The notes beneath the pieces were generated by a model. It ran no database searches, had not been told where the DNA came from, and saw only the letters and a list, made by a program, of their open reading frames with translations. 64,000 nucleotides of DNA. Origin: Candidatus Omnitrophota bacterium (GTDB lineage: Bacteria > Omnitrophota > Gorgyraeia > Zapsychrales > Fredricksoniimonadaceae). Shown here one piece after another: positions 20,389-29,453 of the stretch (positions within the stretch are counted from its first letter, which is position 1; every line of letters begins with the position of its first letter). The position numbers and the translations under genes were made by a program. The stretch covers positions 14,517 to 78,516 of the forward strand of contig JADFYF010000002.1 of the NCBI GenBank assembly GCA_015233165.1, written 5' to 3'.

Positions 20389-21606
20389 TTGGAAAGATCT
20401 AAAGAATCGATAAAGCAATGGCGTTTAATGGCTCTTTTGGTATGTTCAATACTATTTGCTTTAATGCTTGGTGAGATAGTTATCCGATCTATCGGTCATA
20501 GTGACGAAGATGGCAATTTTTATGTTAATACACTGAAGTGTTATCCTTATCATTTACAAGCCAAGATCCAGAGAATAGAGAGCAATAAATACTTTGCTTC
20601 AAAGAACCCTTCTAAGATTTATGACCGCAATTTAGGCTGGGTGCCAAGGCCAGGAAGTAAGAGCCGAGACGGGTTATATTTCTACAATGAAGATGCCATA
20701 CGAACCCCTTCTTTGGACACTATCACTTCGAAGACCCCATCCTTGGGGGTTATTAGGATTTTAATTTTTGGAGATTCCTACACTCACGGAGATGGTGTGC
20801 CATTTCTAAATACATGGGGGCATTACTTGGAAAATGATCTCAAAGAGCACAATATCAATGCAGAGGTTTTGAACTTTGGTGTAGGTGGCTATGGAATGGA
20901 TCAAGCTTTTCTTCGGTGGAAGGCAGAGGGGCGTTCTTATAAGCCATCAATAGTGATATTTGGGATGCAACTAGAAAATATGAATAGAAATGTCAATCTG
21001 ATCAGGCGAATATACGCCCCCGGATCGGGAATCCCGTTTGCTAAGCCCCGTTTTATTTTGAAGAATGGGAATTTGTCACTGATCAACGTGCCGACGCCGG
21101 ATTCTCAAGAAATTGTTGATATTATGAATCATTTTTCTTCATGGAACCTTGCTAAATATGAGGATTGGTATAAACCCGAAGAATACCAGGGAAATATTTT
21201 ATTAAGAAGCAAGCTTATAGCTTTTGTTTATTCGTGGTTCAAGGATAAGAATGAAGGGCATAGAACGTATGACAAAGATTTTGAAAAGCTTAGTTTGAAG
21301 ATTATAACGTCATTTAAAGAGGATGTTGAATCTGCTGGGGTGAAGTTTTATGTTATTTATTTGCCATCAAAGAACGTTATGAATTTAATAAAAACAAAGA
21401 AAATGATTCCGTACAAGAGCTTCTTTGAAAAATTGGAAGGAACTGTTCCGATTATTCATCCAGAGGCGCAGTTTTTAAAGGAAGCCGTGGACATCGAGAA
21501 GTTTATCCCGCTCCATTATAGCCCTCAAGCAAATAAAACGGTTGCCGATGTGGTTGCTGATTTTATATTACAAAGGATGGCGGGTACTGATCGAGAGAAC
21601 AAATAA
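20389..21606 (+). CDS. SGNH/GDSL-like hydrolase family protein with an N-terminal TM anchor. Possible polysaccharide O-acyl/carbamoyl-handling protein.
   Basis: GDSYTHGDG (block I Ser), NFGVGGYG (block II Gly), C-terminal His. N-terminal hydrophobic helix. Confidence 0.45.
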   Translation: MERSKESIKQWRLMALLVCSILFALMLGEIVIRSIGHSDEDGNFYVNTLKCYPYHLQAKIQRIESNKYFASKNPSKIYDRNLGWVPRPGSKSRDGLYFYNEDAIRTPSLDTITSKTPSLGVIRILIFGDSYTHGDGVPFLNTWGHYLENDLKEHNINAEVLNFGVGGYGMDQAFLRWKAEGRSYKPSIVIFGMQLENMNRNVNLIRRIYAPGSGIPFAKPRFILKNGNLSLINVPTPDSQEIVDIMNHFSSWNLAKYEDWYKPEEYQGNILLRSKLIAFVYSWFKDKNEGHRTYDKDFEKLSLKIITSFKEDVESAGVKFYVIYLPSKNVMNLIKTKKMIPYKSFFEKLEGTVPIIHPEAQFLKEAVDIEKFIPLHYSPQANKTVADVVADFILQRMAGTDRENK

Positions 21607-21640
21607 TGGATGATTCATAACGTATAAGCATGGAGGCGGA

Positions 21641-21799
21641 ATGTCTAAAATATCTATTTTGAAGGAATTATGGGATTTTCTCAAGGTACGTAAGCGCTTT
21701 TGGTTGGCCCCCATCCTTGTTATCTTAGTGCTTTTAAGTTTATTAGTTGTTTTTGCTCAAAGTTCTGCAGTAGCACCTTTTATTTACACAATATTCTAA
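21641..21799 (+). CDS. DUF5989 (SxtK-like) small membrane protein. It is absent from the ORF track because it is only 52 aa.
   Basis: MSKISILKELWDFLKVRKRFWLAPILVILVLLSLLVVFAQSSAVAPFIYTIF. This matches the conserved KxFWLxPI...SAxAPFIYTLF pattern of DUF5989. A GGAGG site lies 4 nt upstream. Confidence 0.55.
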   Translation: MSKISILKELWDFLKVRKRFWLAPILVILVLLSLLVVFAQSSAVAPFIYTIF

Positions 21800-21870
21800 A
21801 GATAGAGAAAAATAATCACTAATAATGGTGTGATTTGATATACTACGTTGATTTTTAAGAGGATTGAATT

Positions 21871-22482
21871 ATGGTTACTAAAGAAGAGATTATCGCTTTT
21901 GAACAAGAGATTGCCGGTATTTTTGCGACCGGAGTCATTCGTGCTCCCGTGCATCTGCGTGCCGGCCGTGAAGATCAACTGATTGATATTTTTAAAAAAT
22001 TTCAGATCAATGATGACGATTACGTTTTTGGTTTCTGGGATTCGCATGAGTTAGCCCTTTTAAAAGGTGTTCCCGCCGCCGAATTAAAACAAGCGATTCT
22101 TGAGGGAAGAAGTATTTCGTTGTGTTTTCCTAAGCAGAAGGTTCTTTGTTCCGGGATAGTGGGTTCATTAATGGGAACAGCGACGGGAGTGGCTTGGTCA
22201 TTAAAGCATCAGGGGCAAAAGGGGCGTGCTTTTATTTTTTGCGGAGATATGTCGGCCGAGACGGGCATATTCCATGAGGCTGTCAAGTATGCCTGTAATT
22301 TTGATTTGCCGGCCACCTTTATTGTCTGTGATAATGGAGTCAGCGTTATGACGAATACCCGGGAGACCTGGGGTTCCCCTGATCCCTGGTTTAAGGGAAC
22401 TGCTTATGAGAAGAAAATTATTTATTTTAAATATACGAATGGCTATCCGCATTCCGGATTAGGTAAATTAATTAAATTTTAA
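21871..22482 (+). CDS. TPP-dependent enzyme, alpha-like subunit (transketolase N-terminal / dehydrogenase E1-alpha-like), short form
   Basis: TPP-binding motif GDMSAETG...N (CGDMSAETGIFHEAVKYACNFDLPATFIVCDNG). 203 aa. Confidence 0.6.
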   Translation: MVTKEEIIAFEQEIAGIFATGVIRAPVHLRAGREDQLIDIFKKFQINDDDYVFGFWDSHELALLKGVPAAELKQAILEGRSISLCFPKQKVLCSGIVGSLMGTATGVAWSLKHQGQKGRAFIFCGDMSAETGIFHEAVKYACNFDLPATFIVCDNGVSVMTNTRETWGSPDPWFKGTAYEKKIIYFKYTNGYPHSGLGKLIKF

Positions 22483-22487
22483 TTAGA

Positions 22488-22515
22488 TAGGGAACGGTTT
22501 TAAACCGTTCCCTAC
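22488..22515. repeat. Perfect 28-bp hairpin TAGGGAACGGTTTTAAACCGTTCCCTAC. Member of the TAGGG-stem-TTNNAAA-stem-CCCTAC repeat family.
   Basis: Read directly. It sits in the 42-bp gap between the two TPP-enzyme subunit genes. Confidence 0.5.
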
Positions 22516-22524
22516 AAAAAGAAT

Positions 22525-23124
22525 ATGACAATGACAAGCCCCCAATTGAAATACTTTGATGAACTCAAACGCACCATGGAATGGCTGGCAACCCAGCCTA
22601 AGGTGATGTTCTTAGGGCAAACAGTGGCAGGTCCGGGGACCTTTATGTTTCAAACGTTAAGAGATTGTCCTAAGGATCGCACTCTTGAGCTTCCGATCAA
22701 TGAAAGCTTTCAAATGCAGTTTACGATTGGGATGGCGCTAACAGGGACTATTCCTGTTTCTGTTTATCCTCGTCAGAATTTTCTGTTATTGGCCACCGCC
22801 GATATGGCTAATATGCTAGATAAATTACCGGCGATTAGCGAGGGGAAGTGGCCTGTTAAAGTGATTATCCGGGTGGCCACTGGTCCTGATGCGCCTGTTC
22901 ATCCGGGACATCAGCATATTGGTAATTATGCCGACGTTTTTCGTAAGTTATTTGAGACGATTGAAGTTGTTGAGCTAAATAACGCGGAAGATATTTTTCC
23001 TGCGTATAAGAATGCTCTTGAACGGACAGACGGAAAATCGACCATGATTATTGAGCATGGTAATTTTTATAATGAAGAATATTATGCCAAGCGCATGATT
23101 TCAAGTCAGACCAAACATTCCTAA
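22525..23124 (+). CDS. TPP-dependent enzyme, beta-like subunit (transketolase pyrimidine-binding domain), short form
   Basis: PINESFQMQFTIGMALTG resembles the Pyr-domain motif of transketolase C-terminal / E1-beta proteins. 199 aa. Confidence 0.55.
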   Translation: MTMTSPQLKYFDELKRTMEWLATQPKVMFLGQTVAGPGTFMFQTLRDCPKDRTLELPINESFQMQFTIGMALTGTIPVSVYPRQNFLLLATADMANMLDKLPAISEGKWPVKVIIRVATGPDAPVHPGHQHIGNYADVFRKLFETIEVVELNNAEDIFPAYKNALERTDGKSTMIIEHGNFYNEEYYAKRMISSQTKHS

Positions 23125-23130
23125 TCATAC

Positions 23131-24060
23131 ATGCACCGCGACAGCCGTATTTTAATTATTGGACATCAAGACAGCCTGGAGAATTCTTTTTGGAATTATT
23201 TCTCTGCACAGAAATTCAGTCAGGTCTATACCAACAGCAGAAGTCGTTTAGATGTTCTTTCCCAATCCAAGGTTGAGAAATTCTTTAAAAAGATACAACC
23301 GGAATATGTTTTCTTAGGTTCGGTTCGCTCCGGCGGGATTGCGGTGAATCAGAAATTTCCGGCCGAATTCATTTATGAAAATCTTCAGGCCCAAAATAAT
23401 ATTCTTCAGAGTGCTTATAAGAATGGTGTTAAGAAGTTGGTTTATTTGGGCGCTTCCTGTGTGTATCCAAAGGCAGCCAAACAACCTATTCCAGAAGAGT
23501 CCCTAATGACAGGCGTGATGGAACAGACGAGTGAGCCTTATTCACTGGCAAAGTTGGCAGGAATTAAACTCTGTCAGACGTACCGCGCGCAGTATGGTTT
23601 TGATGCGATCAGCATTATTCCAGCAACGTTGTATGGGCCGGGCAGTGATACAAATATTGAAACTGCTCATGTGATGGGAGCTTTGATGGCTAAGTTTCAT
23701 CAGGCCGTGAAGGACAATAATTCTGAGGTCACTGTTTGGGGAACAGGAAAACCTCGTCGGGAGTTTCTGTATGTTGATGACTTTGTGGCTGGTGTTTTGT
23801 TTTTGATGAAGAAGCATCATTCGGGAGAGCTGATCAATCTGGGCGTAGGGACTGATATCACCATCAAGGAATTAGCTGTCGCTGTGGCTAAGGTGAGTGG
23901 ATTTAAAGGAAAAATAGCTTTTGATACGACTAAGCCCGATGGTTCCATGCGTAAATTATTGGATAGCTCCAAGGTGATGAAGTTAGGGTGGAAGCCTAAG
24001 GTTAATTTAGAAACAGGTATTCGTTTAACGTATGAATCTTATCGAAAGGAAGTTCAATGA
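23131..24060 (+). CDS. GDP-L-fucose synthase family reductase/epimerase (Fcl/ColC-like), with a divergent N-terminus
   Basis: LVYLGASCVYPK...SEPYSLAKLAGIKLCQTYRAQYG...IPATLYGPG closely resembles Fcl. The canonical N-terminal GxxGxxG is not obvious (ILIIGHQDSLENS). Confidence 0.7.
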   Translation: MHRDSRILIIGHQDSLENSFWNYFSAQKFSQVYTNSRSRLDVLSQSKVEKFFKKIQPEYVFLGSVRSGGIAVNQKFPAEFIYENLQAQNNILQSAYKNGVKKLVYLGASCVYPKAAKQPIPEESLMTGVMEQTSEPYSLAKLAGIKLCQTYRAQYGFDAISIIPATLYGPGSDTNIETAHVMGALMAKFHQAVKDNNSEVTVWGTGKPRREFLYVDDFVAGVLFLMKKHHSGELINLGVGTDITIKELAVAVAKVSGFKGKIAFDTTKPDGSMRKLLDSSKVMKLGWKPKVNLETGIRLTYESYRKEVQ

Positions 24061-24989
24061 AAGTCTTAGTTACAGGTGCAGCAGGGTATATTGGTTCAGT
24101 CTTGGTTCCTCGATTATTACAAGAAGGTTATGAAGTCGTTGCCTTAGATAATTTTATGTACAATCAAAGTTCTTTGTTGGACGTCTGTCATCATGACAAG
24201 TTAACGATTGTCCGAGGAGACACCCGTGATAAGAGTTTAATGACCAGGCTGATGAAGGATGCAGATGCGATTTTCCCTCTGGCTTGTTTAACAGGAGCTC
24301 CATTATGTGCGAAAGATCCTGTCGGTGCTCAGACGATTTTGTTAGATGCTATTCAGATGATCTTGCAGATGAAAAGTAAGGATCAGAGGGTTATTTTCCC
24401 GACGACAAACAGTGGTTATGGGGTCGGAGAAAAGGGTAAGCATTGCACAGAAGAAACGCCTCTTCGTCCCATTTCTCTTTATGGAAAACTTAAGGTGGAT
24501 GCTGAGAATGCTATTCTAGAGGCCGGCGGCGGTATTACGTTACGGTTGGCCACAGCCTTTGGTGTTTCTCCTCGGATGCGCCTGGATTTATTGGTGAATG
24601 ACTTTACGTATCGTGCTGTGTATGACAAGTTTGTCATTCTTTTTGAGGCTCATTTTAACCGCAATTACATCCATGTCCGTGATATTTCCAAGGCCTTTAT
24701 TCATGGGCTTAACAATTTTGACAAGATGAAGAATCAACCTTATAATGTCGGCTTGTCTGACGCTAATTTAACAAAGTTGCAACTCTGTCAGGAGATCAAA
24801 AAGTATGTTCCTGACTTTTATTTTGTGGAAGCGACCATCGGTGAAGATCCTGATAAGCGTGATTATATTGTCAGCAATGAGAAGATTGAGAAAACAGGAT
24901 TTAAACCAGATGTTAGCCTTTCTAAGGGTATTGGAGAATTAATCAAGGGTTATCAAATTATCAAACGGAACCAATATGCCAACATCTAA
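24057..24989 (+). CDS. NAD-dependent epimerase/dehydratase family protein (extended SDR)
   Basis: VTGAAGYIGS Rossmann motif and a catalytic YGKLK (YxxxK). Confidence 0.7.
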   Translation: MKVLVTGAAGYIGSVLVPRLLQEGYEVVALDNFMYNQSSLLDVCHHDKLTIVRGDTRDKSLMTRLMKDADAIFPLACLTGAPLCAKDPVGAQTILLDAIQMILQMKSKDQRVIFPTTNSGYGVGEKGKHCTEETPLRPISLYGKLKVDAENAILEAGGGITLRLATAFGVSPRMRLDLLVNDFTYRAVYDKFVILFEAHFNRNYIHVRDISKAFIHGLNNFDKMKNQPYNVGLSDANLTKLQLCQEIKKYVPDFYFVEATIGEDPDKRDYIVSNEKIEKTGFKPDVSLSKGIGELIKGYQIIKRNQYANI

Positions 24990-26499
24990 TATTGACGTTT
25001 TATTTGTCCATGCCAACGCGGCTAAGAAGATTTATCAGGATTTAGCCAAGGATTATTCCGCTATCGAACCCCCTATCTGGGCGGGGATGTTGGCGAGTCA
25101 TTGCCGGATTAAAGGGTTCTCTGTTGATATTCTAGATTGTGAAGCCCTGCATTTAACCGACGAGCAGTCGGTGGCTAAAATCGAAAGTATTAATCCTCGT
25201 TTAGTGTGTTTTGTCGTCTATGGTCAGCAGCCCTCCGCTAGTTCTCAGAATATGATAGGAGCTGTGGGGCTGGTGGATGAGCTTAAAAAACACAAGACCG
25301 AAATCAAGACGCTCTTTGTCGGTGGACACATTGCCGCCTTATCCAGAGAAGTGATGGAGAATCATCCGAGTATTGATTTTGTATGTCAGAACGAGGGTGT
25401 TTATACCATTTCTAATTTATTAAAAACAAACTTGAAAGATCAGTTGGATAAGGTTTTAGGATTAGGTTATAGAAAGGATGGAGGGATTGTTCTAAATCCA
25501 CCTTCTCCCATTGTCGCTAAAGCCGACTTATCGACGGAAATGCCGGGCATTGCCTGGGATCTTTTACCGATTAAGAATTATCGTACGGCCCTTTGGCATT
25601 CCTATCCTAATAATTCGAATCGTCAGCCTTTTGCCGCTTTGTATACCAGCCTCGGTTGTCCGATGAAATGTTCCTTTTGTATGATTAATATTATTAATCG
25701 TCAGGATAATGAATTCTCTGATGGTTCGGCGATCTTTCGTTATTGGGATCCGGAGCATATCATTAAAGAATTTGATTTTCTGGCCTCTCAGGGCGTGACG
25801 AACATTAAGATTGCCGACGAACTTTTTGTTCTCAATGCGAATCACTTTGTGAGACTTTGCGAATTGATTATTGAGCGAGGTTACAAGTTTAATATCTGGT
25901 GTTACTCCAGAGTAGATACGGTCAGGGATCAATACCTGTCCACTTTAAAGAAGGCCGGGGTCAATTGGTTGGCGTTGGGGATTGAAAGCGGCAATACTCG
26001 TGTGCGCAAGGATGTGACTAAGGGCCGGTTTGATGATGTGGATATTCGAAGCGTCGTCGGTAAGATCCGTGATCATGGCATTAATGTGATTGGGAACTAT
26101 ATTTTTGGTCTGCCGGAAGATGATTTAGAAAGCATGCAGATGACCTTAGATCTGGCAATTGAAATGAATACGGAAGAAGCAAATTTCTATTCCGCGATGG
26201 CCTATCCTGGAAGTCCTTTATATGGAACAGCCAGAAAAGAAGGTTGGAAATTACCGTCGAGCTATGTGGGCTATTCTCAGCACTCATATTATGCACAGCC
26301 TCTGCCAACAAAATATTTAAGAGCTGAAGAGGTGTTGGCTTTTCGTGATGAGGCGTGGATGAAGTATCATACGAATCCTAAGTTCTTAAGTTTATTGAAA
26401 ACCAAGTTTGGTCAGGTAGCCTCTGATGAGACGCTTAAGTCGACCCAGATTAAACTCAAACGCAAGATCTTAGAAGATCAGGGACTATTGTCCGTATGA
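24976..26499 (+). CDS. B12-binding domain radical SAM protein (class B radical SAM, likely C-methyltransferase-type) in a glycan locus
   Basis: N-terminal B12-binding-like domain. Radical SAM cluster motif CPMKCSFC (CxxxCxxC). Confidence 0.8.
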   Translation: MPTSNIDVLFVHANAAKKIYQDLAKDYSAIEPPIWAGMLASHCRIKGFSVDILDCEALHLTDEQSVAKIESINPRLVCFVVYGQQPSASSQNMIGAVGLVDELKKHKTEIKTLFVGGHIAALSREVMENHPSIDFVCQNEGVYTISNLLKTNLKDQLDKVLGLGYRKDGGIVLNPPSPIVAKADLSTEMPGIAWDLLPIKNYRTALWHSYPNNSNRQPFAALYTSLGCPMKCSFCMINIINRQDNEFSDGSAIFRYWDPEHIIKEFDFLASQGVTNIKIADELFVLNANHFVRLCELIIERGYKFNIWCYSRVDTVRDQYLSTLKKAGVNWLALGIESGNTRVRKDVTKGRFDDVDIRSVVGKIRDHGINVIGNYIFGLPEDDLESMQMTLDLAIEMNTEEANFYSAMAYPGSPLYGTARKEGWKLPSSYVGYSQHSYYAQPLPTKYLRAEEVLAFRDEAWMKYHTNPKFLSLLKTKFGQVASDETLKSTQIKLKRKILEDQGLLSV

Positions 26500-27494
26500 T
26501 AATTTCTCGCACTCCTTTTCGAATGTCCTTCTTCGGTGGCGGAACAGATTATAATGGCTGGTTTGATGATCATAAGGGCGCCGTCTTAGCGACAACCATT
26601 GATAAGTATTGTTATATTACCTGTCGGTATTTGCCTCCGTTTTTTGAGCATAAGTCCCGCATTATTTATTCAGTGACAGAACATGTGAAGTCGATTGATG
26701 AGATTGATCATCCTTCTGTCCGGGAAGTTCTGCGTTTTCTAAATATTCATGAAGGCATTGAAATTCATCACGACGGTGATTTGCCGGCTCGTACCGGTCT
26801 TGGTTCGAGTTCCGCCTTTACGGTGGGGCTTTTGAATTCTTTGTATGCGCTCAAAGGTCAGATGGTCACTAAGGAACGTTTGGCGAAGGAAGCCATTTAT
26901 GTCGAACAGGAAATGATCAAGGAAAATGTCGGATGTCAGGATCAGACCCTGGCGGCCTATGGGGGCTTAAACTATATTGAATTTGGCGGCTTTAATCATT
27001 TAAGAGTTCAGCCGTTGACCATTCCTGTGGCGAAACTGAATGTTTTGCAGGATCATCTGATGCTGTTCTTTACAGGATTTTCTCGCACAGCGTCTCAAAT
27101 TGCTAAACATCAAATTCAGAATATTCCCAACAAGAAGGTTGAGTTGCTACGGATGTATGAGATGGTTCAGGAAGCGGTGAATATATTAAATGGCAATGAC
27201 CTTCTGGCGTTTGGACGGCTTTTGGATGAAAGCTGGAAATTAAAACGTTCTCTTTCCGATAAAGTTTCAACACATCATATTGATGATTTTTACGATTCTG
27301 CTCGTCGCGCAGGAGCTGTCGGAGGAAAATTGCTTGGAGCAGGCGGAGGGGGATTTGTTTTGCTTTTTGTTGAACCTTCCCAGAAAAAGAATGTCAGAGA
27401 AGCGCTGAAGAACCTTTTAGAAATACCTTTCAAATTCGAGAATCTAGGCAGTCAAATTATTTTCTACCAGCCTGATACAGGCATTATCAAATAA
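26496..27494 (+). CDS. GHMP sugar kinase, D-glycero-D-manno-heptose 7-phosphate kinase-like (HddA-like)
   Basis: GHMP motif PARTGLGSSSAFTVGLL. Length and N-terminus resemble HddA/fucokinase-type kinases. Confidence 0.7.
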   Translation: MIISRTPFRMSFFGGGTDYNGWFDDHKGAVLATTIDKYCYITCRYLPPFFEHKSRIIYSVTEHVKSIDEIDHPSVREVLRFLNIHEGIEIHHDGDLPARTGLGSSSAFTVGLLNSLYALKGQMVTKERLAKEAIYVEQEMIKENVGCQDQTLAAYGGLNYIEFGGFNHLRVQPLTIPVAKLNVLQDHLMLFFTGFSRTASQIAKHQIQNIPNKKVELLRMYEMVQEAVNILNGNDLLAFGRLLDESWKLKRSLSDKVSTHHIDDFYDSARRAGAVGGKLLGAGGGGFVLLFVEPSQKKNVREALKNLLEIPFKFENLGSQIIFYQPDTGIIK

Positions 27495-27496
27495 AT

Positions 27497-28195
27497 ATGT
27501 TCCCAGATGTAGTTATTCTAGCCGGTGGCTTAGGTAAACGCTTAAAGAGTGTTACCGGTGGCGCCCAAAAAGTTCTCGCTTCGATTAACGGTAAACCGTT
27601 TATTAGCGTCCTTATTGAGTACATTGCGGCTCAAGGGGGACGGCGTTTTATTTTGTGTACCGGCCATGATGCGGATAGTGTGGAGGCCACGCTTAAAGAT
27701 GCTCATCCATCCTTAACCTTGCTATTTTCCAGAGAAGAAGAACCTTTGGGAACAGGAGGAGCGATCAAGCAGGGTTCAGCCTTGGTTCAGACCGATGAGT
27801 TCTTGGCGATGAACGGGGACTGTTTTTGCGTCGTGGATTACAATCACATGATTGCGTCGCATCGTCAACGCAAAGCTCAGGCCACCATTGCTGTGACGAA
27901 AATGGATGATGCCAGGGATTACGGGACCATTGAAATTGCTTCGGATCATAGTATTTTGGCTTTTAAAGAGAAACAACCTGTTCTTCAGTCGGCATTTATT
28001 AATACGGGAACGTATTGTTTGGATCATCGGGTGTTTTCGCTGGTGAATACTCCGGCGAAGTTCTCCATTGAATATGATTTTTTCCCTCACCTGGTTCATC
28101 GAGGCTTTAGTGCTTTTGAAGTGGAAAATAAGTTTATCGATATAGGAACTCCCGAGCGATATGCTTGGGCGCAGGAACATTTGAAGAATATGTAG
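27497..28195 (+). CDS. Sugar-1-phosphate nucleotidyltransferase, heptose-1-P guanylyltransferase-like (HddC-like)
   Basis: LAGGLGKRLKS pyrophosphorylase signature. 232 aa. The stop TAG is provided by the first triplet of the downstream repeat. Confidence 0.7.
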   Translation: MFPDVVILAGGLGKRLKSVTGGAQKVLASINGKPFISVLIEYIAAQGGRRFILCTGHDADSVEATLKDAHPSLTLLFSREEEPLGTGGAIKQGSALVQTDEFLAMNGDCFCVVDYNHMIASHRQRKAQATIAVTKMDDARDYGTIEIASDHSILAFKEKQPVLQSAFINTGTYCLDHRVFSLVNTPAKFSIEYDFFPHLVHRGFSAFEVENKFIDIGTPERYAWAQEHLKNM

Positions 28196-28248
28196 GGGCG
28201 GGTTCCAAACCCGCCCAGTAAACGGGCAGGTTTAGAACCTGCCCCTAC
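28192..28248. repeat. Double-hairpin REP-like element GTAGGGGCGGGTTCCAAACCCGCCCAGTAAACGGGCAGGTTTAGAACCTGCCCCTAC
   Basis: Two adjacent GC stems with TTNNAAA loops are bracketed by GTAGGG...CCCTAC. The whole unit is nearly self-complementary. It is intergenic. Confidence 0.6.
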
Positions 28249-28262
28249 GAGAGGGGTCATTC

Positions 28263-29453
28263 ATGTCATTATCAGATTTTAACAAAGCCACCGCCATCTC
28301 CGACGGACAGGAAGCCAAGAAGGCTGGTTATAAAGTTCCCTTTGGGACCGTATCCATTACAGACAAAGCCAGAGCTCTGATTGATACTGCCTTGACGACG
28401 AAATGGGTGACCAAGGGCGCCTATGTCGCCGAGTTTGAATCTAAATTTGCAGCTCTCTTTGGTGTGAAATATGGGATTGCTGTCTCTAGCGGTACCGATG
28501 CGGATGCGATTGCCTGCGCTGTTCTTTATGATTTTGGCGCTAAGCGTGGTGATGAGGTGATTATTCCGGCATTAACCTTTGTAGCGACGGGAAATGCTGT
28601 TTTACAGGCGGGTTTAAAACCTGTCTTTGTAGATGTCAGTCGTGAAACCTTGAATATTGATCCGGATAAGATTGAAGCGGTCATTACGCCGCGCACCCGC
28701 GCCATCATGCCTGTTCATTTGATGGGAAAGCCTGCCGAGATGGATAAGATTATGGCGATCGCCAAGAAACATAGGTTACACGTCATTGAAGATGCCGCTG
28801 AAGCGCATGGGGCAGAATACAAGGGACAGAAGATTGGTTCCATCGGCGATATGGCTTGTTTTTCTTTATATGCGGCGCACATTGTCACGACGATTGAAGG
28901 GGGAATGATTATTACGAATAATGAGCAGATGGCAGAAGCGGCCCGTTCGTTGCGTAATCATGGGATCGACGGTAAGTTTAGGTTTAAGCGTATTGGGTTC
29001 TCTGCCAAGATGAATGAGATTGAAGCTGCCGTGGGATTAGGGAACTTGGAAATCTTTCATGATATTTTAGAGAAGCGTCGTCGTAATGTCCGTTATCTGA
29101 TCAAGCAGTTTGCCCGATTTGAGAAGTATTTCTGGTATCTGAACGAGGATGGTCATGAAGTCTTAGGCCCTCATGCCTTCTCGATGATTCTTAAGCCTGG
29201 TTTAAATTTTACCAAGGATGAGTTTGTGAGTTACCTGGAAAAAGAAGGAGTGGATTCTCGCAACTTGTTTTATTCCATCCCCACCCAGACACCCAGCTAT
29301 GAATTTATGGGGTACAAGTTAGGCGACTTTCCGGAAACGGAATATTGCTCCGATAACGGAACGCATATCGGCTGTCATCAGGATATTGAGATTGCTCAAT
29401 GCGATTATGCCGTCGATGTGGTTGCTAATTTCTTAAAGAGCAAAGGATATTAA
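28263..29453 (+). CDS. DegT/DnrJ/EryC1/StrS family PLP/PMP enzyme with the active-site lysine replaced by histidine. This is the configuration of 3-dehydratases such as ColD and E1.
   Basis: The motif CFSLYAAHIVTTIEGGMI has His where the paralogue at 37193 has Lys (CFSFYPTKSLGACGDAG). At 396 aa it is closer to ColD than to the FeS-containing E1. Confidence 0.65.
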   Translation: MSLSDFNKATAISDGQEAKKAGYKVPFGTVSITDKARALIDTALTTKWVTKGAYVAEFESKFAALFGVKYGIAVSSGTDADAIACAVLYDFGAKRGDEVIIPALTFVATGNAVLQAGLKPVFVDVSRETLNIDPDKIEAVITPRTRAIMPVHLMGKPAEMDKIMAIAKKHRLHVIEDAAEAHGAEYKGQKIGSIGDMACFSLYAAHIVTTIEGGMIITNNEQMAEAARSLRNHGIDGKFRFKRIGFSAKMNEIEAAVGLGNLEIFHDILEKRRRNVRYLIKQFARFEKYFWYLNEDGHEVLGPHAFSMILKPGLNFTKDEFVSYLEKEGVDSRNLFYSIPTQTPSYEFMGYKLGDFPETEYCSDNGTHIGCHQDIEIAQCDYAVDVVANFLKSKGY

